Assembly: GCA_044356655.1 (NCBI GenBank)
Contig: JBIKVV010000001.1
Coordinates: 74,355 to 138,354, forward strand
From: Ilumatobacteraceae bacterium
Lineage (GTDB): Bacteria; Actinomycetota; Acidimicrobiia; Acidimicrobiales; Ilumatobacteraceae
Length of the DNA stretch: 64,000 nt
Direction of reading: 5' to 3'
In this document: one piece after another, positions 19,743-27,332 of the stretch
Position numbering within the stretch: position 1 is the stretch's first letter
Layout of the letters: every line of letters begins with the position of its first letter
Translations under genes and position numbers: made by a program
The notes under the pieces: model-generated
The model's database searches: none
Seen by the model: only the letters and a program-made list of their open reading frames with translations
What the model was told of the DNA's origin: nothing

Positions 19743-20115
19743 CTGCGCAGATTTAGAGGCGCTACCGACGAGCACCATTCACTAATTAGTTGAGTCAAAA
19801 TTCAGAAACTAATTTGTAGTTTAACTAGTGCATCTATAGAGTTTTATAACTATTTTAGAAACTCAACTGCGCACCAGGTTTGTGCGGTGGGTGCGTGGCA
19901 GCGGTTTGGGTCCTGTTGTTGTGGTGGCGCTGTTGGCCACATTGTTTGTGGCGTTTCCTGATCGAAATTTTTCGCTTAGTAATGCTGATGCCGCGCCCTC
20001 AACATCGCCTGCGTGCGCGAGCGGGGTCGGAGTAGGGGCAGCTAACTCGGGCACGGCAGCTGCGACTCGGGGCGGGCACGCGACTGATTCGACAGATAGC
20101 GTGAGAGGGCTACTT

Positions 20116-20191
20116 GCTCCCATCGTCTAGCGGCCTAGGACACCACCCTCTCAAGGTGGCGGCACGGGTTCAAATCCCGTTGGGAGTGCCA
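20116..20191 (+). tRNA. tRNA-Glu (anticodon CUC), CCA apparently encoded
   Basis: Manual cloverleaf. Acceptor GCTCCCA/TGGGAGT (G1-U72 wobble). D arm GTCTAGCGGCCTAGGAC. Anticodon stem CCACC/GGTGG with loop CTCTCAA. T arm ACGGG-TTCAAAT-CCCGT. Discriminator G, then CCA. Confidence 0.88.
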
Positions 20192-20620
20192 ATGAAAAAA
20201 CTTGCTTTAACAACCCTGCTGCTTGTCGTCATTTCATGTGGCGGCAACAACTCAACTTCAGACGTGCCCGTCGATTCTGATTTCGTCGCCCCGACAGGTG
20301 TCGCTGGCGACATCGCCAAAGTTGTTTGCGAGCCGTTGACATCGCTTTGGCAAAAATCTCCGTCAGAAAATAAAGAGTCGTGGCAGTGCAAGCGCGACAA
20401 TAAGCAGATTGATTTTGATATTTATGTCAGCGAAGAAGAAAAACAGCGAGTGAGCGACGAGGCACTTGCGCTGCTCGGCACAACTGGCAGCGATCAAACT
20501 TGGGTCGATACGCCGATCTTGTGCGGCTCCAAGTGGACAATGGGCGTCGCCGACCTTAAGACTCGCGATGCGCTAATTGCTGACCTCAACGAAGCCAGTG
20601 TCAGCGCGGCAACCTGCTAA
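20192..20620 (+). CDS. Putative lipoprotein (142 aa)
   Basis: MKKLALTTLLLVVISCGG is a signal peptide with lipobox VISC. The ATG begins immediately after the tRNA-Glu CCA. The longer track ORF (20114) runs through the tRNA and is not credible. Confidence 0.65.
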   Translation: MKKLALTTLLLVVISCGGNNSTSDVPVDSDFVAPTGVAGDIAKVVCEPLTSLWQKSPSENKESWQCKRDNKQIDFDIYVSEEEKQRVSDEALALLGTTGSDQTWVDTPILCGSKWTMGVADLKTRDALIADLNEASVSAATC

Positions 20621-20650
20621 TTATTTTTAATTATCAACTGTTTGCACAAA

Positions 20651-21469
20651 TCAATTGCAGATCACAGTGTCGCCGACGGCAATTTCGCCAGGCTGAGTGA
20701 CTAAACAGTAGACACGACTTACCGCACCAAGTTCGTGTGAGAGGCGTTGGTAATCGCCGTCGCTAAACCATCGTGCGTTTTTCTTGCACGGAATCGCGTA
20801 TCCCGTAATTTGTGTTCTCACCGAACCAAACTCGAGCGTCGCGCCAGGGCGAACTTTCGCCCAATCGAGTTGACTGACCGTGATGTTTTCGCCCGCGCTG
20901 CCGCGTGCGATCGGGTGACCGGCATTCACATGGTGAGCAATCACTTCGTCGCTCCAAATGCAGAGTGCCTGCCAAGGGCGACCGTGGTGTGTGCGAGCCA
21001 TTTGACGATCGCCATCAAGGCCATCGAAATTGACTTGGCCGCGTGCGATCGAAATTTTTGGCACGCTGTTGGTTGAAACTTGAATGCCGACGATCTTGCC
21101 GACATTTATGGACTGTGTTGTTGTCGCATCACGGTTTGCTGGTTCGTGAAGTTTTGCAAGTGTTGGCCACAAACTGCCGAGCCAAGTTGCAAGTTTCTGC
21201 GGATCAATTTCGTCGATCTTGGATGCCGCTGATTCGCCAAGTTGCTCAAGCCTCGCGCCAAGTTCGTGTTCGGGGTTTTTGTCGGTGCGAAGCCCGATGA
21301 GTGACTCAAGACTTTGTGCAAGTTCGGCGCCGACTGTGGCGACTCGACTCGGATTTCGCTTGACATCGTGCATGTGATGACGCCACAGCGAACCGACACT
21401 TAGCAATGTGCGGTGTGCATCTGTACCCGAATATTTATGGTCTCCGACGATGATTGGTGGTCTTGCCAT
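20651..21469 (-). CDS. MOSC-domain protein with an uncharacterised N-terminal region of about 125 aa
   Basis: The C-terminal half has a MOSC-like beta-barrel pattern (GLDGDRQ...GENITV...GYAIPCKKN) with the conserved Cys. Confidence 0.7.
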   Translation of the reverse strand: MARPPIIVGDHKYSGTDAHRTLLSVGSLWRHHMHDVKRNPSRVATVGAELAQSLESLIGLRTDKNPEHELGARLEQLGESAASKIDEIDPQKLATWLGSLWPTLAKLHEPANRDATTTQSINVGKIVGIQVSTNSVPKISIARGQVNFDGLDGDRQMARTHHGRPWQALCIWSDEVIAHHVNAGHPIARGSAGENITVSQLDWAKVRPGATLEFGSVRTQITGYAIPCKKNARWFSDGDYQRLSHELGAVSRVYCLVTQPGEIAVGDTVICN

Positions 21470-21498
21470 ATTTTGCTGTCTTTAAACTTAGCCTGCAA

Positions 21499-22641
21499 CT
21501 AGATCTGGAATTTTTTCAGGCTCTCATAGTCGGCTAGTTCGTTATAAATGAATGCCGAGAGACGAACATAGGTTGCGTCGCCTGGTGGCACGATCACTGT
21601 TTCGGTTTTCAACTCTTGGCTGATTTTCAGTGTGAGCACATCGCATTCAGGCCTAGTTAACTGTTTCTTAAGCGGAAGTCGAACTAGTCGCATCCACGGG
21701 CTAGAAATTTCTACCGGTACAACTGGTTCGGTGCCCCAATGGTTTTGCAACATTATTGCAGCGTCGTTCAGAACTTCACGATTATGCGCATCAAGTTTGT
21801 CAACACCAATTGATTCGCAAAATTTAATTGCGTGCGGTGTTGCGAGATAGCTCGAATAGTCGTCGGTGCCTTGAGAGAAAAATGATTTCGGAAACCCCGC
21901 TTCGAAGTCCCACGAAGGCGCGAGCGGCGCCATCTGATTCGCAATTTCACTTGTGCGACAAACAAGGCCAGCAGACGCGCGCGGAGCGCATATCCATTTA
22001 TGAAAGTTGCCGACCCACACGTCGAAATCTGCTGGCAACGCTGGGGTCAACATGCCGGGTGCGTGTGCGGCGTCGATCACGACTCGAGCGTGCGGCGAGA
22101 CGCGGCGAATTGTGCGAACAATTTGATCGATGGGGAGAAGCAGTGCAGTCTCAGATGTGACTTGGTCAAGAACCACGAGTGTCGTTTCGTTCGTCAGAGC
22201 GGCGAAAACGCTGTCGGCGATTTCGTCTGCGGTCTGCGCGCCCGCGGCGAAGTCAATCTCGGCGATACGCAAAGTGCTTTGCGTGCGACGGGCGATCTCA
22301 GCGAGGCCGTTCAACACACCGCCGTAGCCGAGACTGGTGGCGACGATTTGTGAACGTGGTTTGGTGATCAGCGCGCTGGCTGCGGTAATCACGCCTTGCG
22401 ATGCGTTGGGTACGAATGCAAATAGTTCTGGCGAAGTGCCGAGCCACTCGGCAACTAACGCGCGCGCTTCATCGTGCAGCTTTGGCAACGTGGTGCGAAA
22501 AAAAAGATTCGGATTACTTTCTTCGAGCATTTGAAACTCGCGCTGAGCCTCAGCGACGACTTTTGGCACCGAGCCAAATGACCCGTGATTCAAATATGCA
22601 ACTCGCGGGTCAAGACTGAACTGCTCGCGATACGCACTCAC
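21499..22641 (-). CDS. Class-V (NifS/isopenicillin-N-epimerase-like) PLP-dependent enzyme
   Basis: 380 aa with YLNHGSFGSVP at the N-terminus and the PLP-lysine motif GNFHKW. Confidence 0.8.
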   Translation of the reverse strand: MSAYREQFSLDPRVAYLNHGSFGSVPKVVAEAQREFQMLEESNPNLFFRTTLPKLHDEARALVAEWLGTSPELFAFVPNASQGVITAASALITKPRSQIVATSLGYGGVLNGLAEIARRTQSTLRIAEIDFAAGAQTADEIADSVFAALTNETTLVVLDQVTSETALLLPIDQIVRTIRRVSPHARVVIDAAHAPGMLTPALPADFDVWVGNFHKWICAPRASAGLVCRTSEIANQMAPLAPSWDFEAGFPKSFFSQGTDDYSSYLATPHAIKFCESIGVDKLDAHNREVLNDAAIMLQNHWGTEPVVPVEISSPWMRLVRLPLKKQLTRPECDVLTLKISQELKTETVIVPPGDATYVRLSAFIYNELADYESLKKFQI

Positions 22642-22721
22642 CCCCGAGATGCTAATTCCAAACCGTGTAACAAAACTCGTTCCCGCACCGATCTTGTTGG
22701 TGATATACGCTTGACGATGTC

Positions 22722-23858
22722 ATGCGTGAAAATCAATTTGTAAGAAACCATACAATTTTTGAATTATTGGAGCAGACAGGACACAAAATAGCCGAGCTTT
22801 CGACTGCGTTTCCAAACAAGTCACTCGCTGAGATTGAAGAAATTCTCTTCGACAATCGTTTGTCGCTTCGTCGAACTTACGAGAGATTTGGTTATCTGGG
22901 TATTCGAGAGTGTTCGTCAAAAAATTTCAATATTGGGAGCGACGGTGCGCGTTCAAATGGAACCAATAGAACTTCGAATCCAGATATTTACAAAGTGCAT
23001 TGCTATGGTGGCTCAACAACCGTCGGTGATGACGTTGCAGATGACCAAACGATAAGCGCTTATCTTGAGTCAAAGTTAAATTCAAGGAGCAAGACAAAGG
23101 TCGCAGTTTTCAACTACGGTGCCGGAAACCATACTTCGTTGCACTCGGCTCTAAGACTTCTTGACCATTGCTTTTCTGGCAATGTTCCAGATCAAGCGAT
23201 TTTTTTAAACGGATTTAACGACTGCTACTACTCAGCTGGAGGTGCCGATGGTATAGTCCCTTTTTTTGATGAGATTCTTAAAAAAAGCCAAGACATCGAG
23301 TTTAGGAACACTCCGATTTCGGAAATTGTTGAACTGATTCCAAATAGTTCAAAAGAGAGCTTGGCATTTAATGCTTCTTTCTTTTCGGGTGAATTAATTG
23401 AAACGTGTCTAGCAAATATTAAATTGCGATATGCGTCCGCAGTAGCAATTCAAGATTTTGTTGAGAACAGTTTTGGGGTTGAAATTCGGCGCTTTATTGA
23501 GCCAAATCAAGCCCTAAATTGTCGAACCGATCAGAGGTTGCTGCCAAGGATAAACGAATCAAATCCAAGAAAATTACTTGTCGGGATGCTCTACAAAGAA
23601 CTCGAAAGAATTGGGCTTAAAAAAGTTTTTGGATACGGCGCAATTTCGTTACTTGACATTGATCAAGATGACCAACCATTTCCTTTGTATCTTGACAGAG
23701 TTCACTACAGTCCGGCTATGAATGATTGGCTCGCATCTCACATAAGCGGGATTATTAAAGTTAAGCAGACTTTGTCAAACAGAAAGAAACTCAGATCCAC
23801 GGCGCCAGTAGCACAAAGCGAGGAGCTTTTGAATCCGAACAACTACCCACTCTTTTGA
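22722..23858 (+). CDS. SGNH/GDSL-like hydrolase or esterase with an N-terminal extension
   Basis: 378 aa. Block I-like CYGGSTTVG, block II NYGAGNH, block III LNGFNDC and block V DRVHY. AT-rich. Confidence 0.55.
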   Translation: MRENQFVRNHTIFELLEQTGHKIAELSTAFPNKSLAEIEEILFDNRLSLRRTYERFGYLGIRECSSKNFNIGSDGARSNGTNRTSNPDIYKVHCYGGSTTVGDDVADDQTISAYLESKLNSRSKTKVAVFNYGAGNHTSLHSALRLLDHCFSGNVPDQAIFLNGFNDCYYSAGGADGIVPFFDEILKKSQDIEFRNTPISEIVELIPNSSKESLAFNASFFSGELIETCLANIKLRYASAVAIQDFVENSFGVEIRRFIEPNQALNCRTDQRLLPRINESNPRKLLVGMLYKELERIGLKKVFGYGAISLLDIDQDDQPFPLYLDRVHYSPAMNDWLASHISGIIKVKQTLSNRKKLRSTAPVAQSEELLNPNNYPLF

Positions 23859-23927
23859 TAGCAGAGGCCGAGATCCTGAGTACAAGATGAGGAGTAAGGA
23901 AGTTCGGTTTGAAATTCTGGCAGTGAA

Positions 23928-24797
23928 TCAAACCGTGTCGCGCATCCAGAGGTCAAGTGTGGCTTGGGTGGTGAGCGGTTTGTAACCGAGTTTGATCGCA
24001 GCCGACGAGTCAATACTGAATGGCGATGAGTTTGCAGAATGCCATTTGATCTCGCCTTTGAAGTTGGTTTCCGCGGCTAATCGTTCAACAATTTTTCGAA
24101 GCGGAATTGGATCGGTTGATGCAATTGGAAACGCTTGGTATGACTGCACAAATTTCTTTAAAAGCAGAGAGTTAACAAATTCGGCAATCTTGTCTTCGTG
24201 CACAATATTGTTGAACATGTGGTCAGGATTCGCAGCCGAAATAGATGGCTCGCCCCGCGACATTTTGTTTAGTATTTTTGCCAAAAAGTGTCTGTGCGTG
24301 CGGTTTCCAGCAATTGCCGGAGAGCGAATGCTTACGGCGTTCACGGTGCTTCTTTCGTTATCTAAGTAGCACTCCGCTGCCCACTTGGCGGCGCCGTAAG
24401 GAATTGACTGGTTGATTTGGGTCTTTTCGCTCACAATTGCTTCGTTAATCTGCCCATAGACGGCCATGGACGAAATGTGGATGATGCGACCGACGCTTAA
24501 AAATTTTGCACGCTCGACAAGGTGCAGAGTACCAAGGCCAGTAATTGTCATCAACTCTTCGGCTGTGCCTTCGCTCGCTGCGGCTACGTGAACAAAAGCA
24601 TCAAAGCCACCATTGATATTTGTAAATGATGACTTGTTTTCAAGATCGAGCGCAACAAGTTCGTCAGCGGGCAGGCCCGCAGCTGAAACTCGTGAAGAAC
24701 GCAATGTGCCGACGACTCGGTGACCTTCAGCTTGAAGTTTTCTTCCGACGGCTTGGCCAAGTGGTGAGGTAATGCCTGTTACGAGAATGCGACTCAT
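23928..24797 (-). CDS. NAD-dependent epimerase/dehydratase (extended SDR)
   Basis: 289 aa with ILVTGITSPLGQAVG and the catalytic YGAAK. Confidence 0.8.
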   Translation of the reverse strand: MSRILVTGITSPLGQAVGRKLQAEGHRVVGTLRSSRVSAAGLPADELVALDLENKSSFTNINGGFDAFVHVAAASEGTAEELMTITGLGTLHLVERAKFLSVGRIIHISSMAVYGQINEAIVSEKTQINQSIPYGAAKWAAECYLDNERSTVNAVSIRSPAIAGNRTHRHFLAKILNKMSRGEPSISAANPDHMFNNIVHEDKIAEFVNSLLLKKFVQSYQAFPIASTDPIPLRKIVERLAAETNFKGEIKWHSANSSPFSIDSSAAIKLGYKPLTTQATLDLWMRDTV

Positions 24798-25237
24798 ACG
24801 GAACTTTGATCTAGTGAATTTGTAAGTAACTGCTGACTAGTTGATAGTGCAACCAATGAGACAAGTTCTTCGAGTTCTGCTAACTCTTCAAGCGACGAAA
24901 CTACGATCTGTTCAAAGGTGAAGTGCAGTTTGCAGCCCTGCTCAATAATGCAGGTAACGACTGATTTGCGAATTCGTGGATCAGTCGGCAGCATTGACAC
25001 ACTGCACATGACAATTCCGTCATAACTATCAGCTTTTTCAACTAAAGACTCAAGCACGAGATATGTGTTCGGGATTTGATTTTCGACTACGTGCAAATGA
25101 AAAACAAGACCGTTTTTCTCACAATAATTTCTTAAATTCGTGCTCTGCATTGTGATCGGAATCTGAAATCCGCCAAAAGAACGTGGCGTCGTGTAAGCCT
25201 TCGTACCTTTTTGTGCTGGTGCTGAGATCGTGTTCAC
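24794..25237 (-). CDS. Small uncharacterised carbohydrate-cluster protein (possibly the LIC12192-type sporadic carbohydrate cluster family)
   Basis: 147 aa. It overlaps the epimerase gene by 4 nt and sits 3 nt downstream of the oxygenase gene. The family guess rests on size, context and my memory of the family, not on an HMM hit. Confidence 0.5.
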   Translation of the reverse strand: MNTISAPAQKGTKAYTTPRSFGGFQIPITMQSTNLRNYCEKNGLVFHLHVVENQIPNTYLVLESLVEKADSYDGIVMCSVSMLPTDPRIRKSVVTCIIEQGCKLHFTFEQIVVSSLEELAELEELVSLVALSTSQQLLTNSLDQSSV

Positions 25238-25240
25238 AGA

Positions 25241-26071
25241 CTAGGCCTTGTCAGTATTCATTATTTCTAAACCCATTTTGGTTGCGGCACGAGTTGTTAT
25301 CGGCAGGTAATAAGTGCCCAAACGACGCTCGGGGTTAGTAAACGGAGTCAACAGCCCAGTGAAACGACAATTAATTGACCAACGTGAAGTTTTTGTCTCA
25401 TTGAGAACGTTGCCGTGCAGACAGCTTGAGTCGAAGATCAGCACTTTGCCGTATGGTACGACCATTGTGATCAATTGTGATCGGTACGCATTCTCAATTT
25501 GATCCATTGATTTGAATTCGCCGGCTACGACTCTTTTTCGCGCTTCTCGGCTTTCAGTTGGTGGCAGAAAAAACATCGAGTTGGTTTCGGAAGCATCAGT
25601 CAACGGCACCCAAAGCACGACTTGAAATGGCGAGTCGCCTGTCCAGATATCAGAGTGCATCGGCAGAACTGAACTTTCGTCGTTGGGTTGTTGAACCGAC
25701 ATGTTCACTTTGTTCTGCATTGCCAATTCGTTGCCTACCAATGTTGCAAGCGTTTGTCGCGCTAGAGAAAAATATCGTTGGCGAATGTCCGTCAGTTTGT
25801 TGATTTCGGTGAAAATCGTCAGTCGTAAATCGTTGAGCCGATCATTTGGCACGAATTTGTGCGAGTTCGCGAGATCAAAGGATGCAGATTCCAGACCATT
25901 TTGTTTGAGCCAGTCTGTTGCAATTTGAATGACGTCTTGACGGATACTTTTGAGATTCGCTTCGGACTCAGTCTCGCGAACAACATATCCGTAGCGCAAA
26001 AAACTGTTGCTTAGTTCAGTTTCTTCTGACGAGAAAAAACTGACCGTTTTATCGGCTTCCATATGACTCAA
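25241..26071 (-). CDS. Fe(II)/2-oxoglutarate-dependent oxygenase (PhyH-like; possibly the sporadic carbohydrate cluster 2OG-Fe(II) oxygenase family)
   Basis: 276 aa. HxD facial-triad candidate MHSDIW, distal His in SSCLHGN and a candidate 2OG-binding Arg in RWSINCRF. Confidence 0.65.
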   Translation of the reverse strand: MSHMEADKTVSFFSSEETELSNSFLRYGYVVRETESEANLKSIRQDVIQIATDWLKQNGLESASFDLANSHKFVPNDRLNDLRLTIFTEINKLTDIRQRYFSLARQTLATLVGNELAMQNKVNMSVQQPNDESSVLPMHSDIWTGDSPFQVVLWVPLTDASETNSMFFLPPTESREARKRVVAGEFKSMDQIENAYRSQLITMVVPYGKVLIFDSSCLHGNVLNETKTSRWSINCRFTGLLTPFTNPERRLGTYYLPITTRAATKMGLEIMNTDKA

Positions 26072-26144
26072 GGCTATCTCGCACAGTATCGGCGATTTTT
26101 GCGCCGCACAGTTTTAATCGGCTCACCTAACAGACGTAGCGAAT

Positions 26145-27332
26145 TTACCTCGCGAGTTCGGGGAAGCGGTAGTTGTCGCCAGGGACAGGGTGATCTTGGC
26201 CGCCGCTGCGGAGCATCTCGGCCATCAACATTGTTTGGCGAATGCAGTCGTCGATGTCGATGCCATAAAGATATGAACCTGCACGACCGATTGAAAAAAC
26301 ACCCTCGGGCATCTCGGAGAAGTATTTCTCAGCACGACGTTGCTCACTTTGAAATGGCATGGGGTAATGCTTTCCGTTGCCAAGAGTAGGTATCTCCATA
26401 CCGATCAAAGTTGTCGGTGATTTGTGGTGCGTGAACTTTTTGTATTCAACGAGTCGCGTGAATTTTTCGTCATTCGGGTAGTAAAGAAAGTAAACGTTTT
26501 CGGGTAGCACGAACTCGGTTGGAAAAACAATCTTGTGAAATTCGCGCCCGAGAAACGGCAAAGCACCATGGCATTCATCGAACACAGTGTCGGGGGCGAT
26601 TGTGTTGACGATGATGTCGTATGTTTGTTGTTCACCGTTGAATGTGACTGCTTTGTTAGGGATATCAAAGTTCGTGATTTTTGTCGACAGCAATACCCGC
26701 GCAGCCTTAGTGGAAAAACCAAAGTAGTAGTCGTAGCCGTCTGGCGCGTATGGATATCCCGAAATTGCCGAGTCCCAAGCAGCACGCGGCCCATCTTTTA
26801 GCGCAACACCTTTGGGAGACCACCCGAATGTATCAATTTTTTTGTTGTCGTCGACGAGCCACATTTTTTTGCTGTATTGATCAATGAACTTGTCGTAGAG
26901 AGTTCGACCAACCGAACCGATCCAATAGTCTTCGATGTTTTTTGCTTCTTTAGCACCCCGAAATTCTTCGCGCTTTTTTTCATCCATTTCGGCTTGGATG
27001 TCTTTGAAGTCAGGCATCGTGCGCACGTCAGTCATGTTGATTGGAAATGCATAAAACGCATTGTCGCGCTCGACATATGTCAAAAATTCATGTTCGGGAC
27101 AACGACGAATTGGAACAATCGCGTTCAGATAAGTAAAGGTCTCTTCGTATGGCGTCAGAAAGTGTCGAGGACCAAACGTGTATGGGTGTCCGCCGAACCA
27201 CTGGGTGCGATTTCCTGCACCAAGAAACGGTGCCGACTCAACGATTGTGACATCCCATCCGCCGAGCAGTTCAAGTTGATGCGCTGCTGCGCACCCCGAA
27301 AACCCACCACCGATGATTAGAGCAGTCTTCAT
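26145..27332 (-). CDS. UDP-galactopyranose mutase-family FAD enzyme
   Basis: 395 aa with IIGGGFSGCAAA, YTFGPRHF and FYAFPINM, which resemble Glf blocks. Confidence 0.7.
   Translation of the reverse strand: MKTALIIGGGFSGCAAAHQLELLGGWDVTIVESAPFLGAGNRTQWFGGHPYTFGPRHFLTPYEETFTYLNAIVPIRRCPEHEFLTYVERDNAFYAFPINMTDVRTMPDFKDIQAEMDEKKREEFRGAKEAKNIEDYWIGSVGRTLYDKFIDQYSKKMWLVDDNKKIDTFGWSPKGVALKDGPRAAWDSAISGYPYAPDGYDYYFGFSTKAARVLLSTKITNFDIPNKAVTFNGEQQTYDIIVNTIAPDTVFDECHGALPFLGREFHKIVFPTEFVLPENVYFLYYPNDEKFTRLVEYKKFTHHKSPTTLIGMEIPTLGNGKHYPMPFQSEQRRAEKYFSEMPEGVFSIGRAGSYLYGIDIDDCIRQTMLMAEMLRSGGQDHPVPGDNYRFPELAR

Noticed and set aside
17860-20124. The shared 9-mer CTTGCTCCC at the 3' end of tRNA-Gln and the 5' end of tRNA-Glu, considered as possible att-like direct repeats flanking the inserted segment.
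   Set aside because: Both occurrences are acceptor-stem sequence, explained by the tRNA structures themselves. Nine nucleotides is too short, and no integrase is present.
20116-20188. The G1-U72 wobble at the top of the tRNA-Glu acceptor stem, considered as a sign of a pseudo-tRNA.
   Set aside because: All other arms and conserved positions fold normally, and a terminal G-U is tolerated in many tRNAs. I cannot judge its significance without a covariance score.
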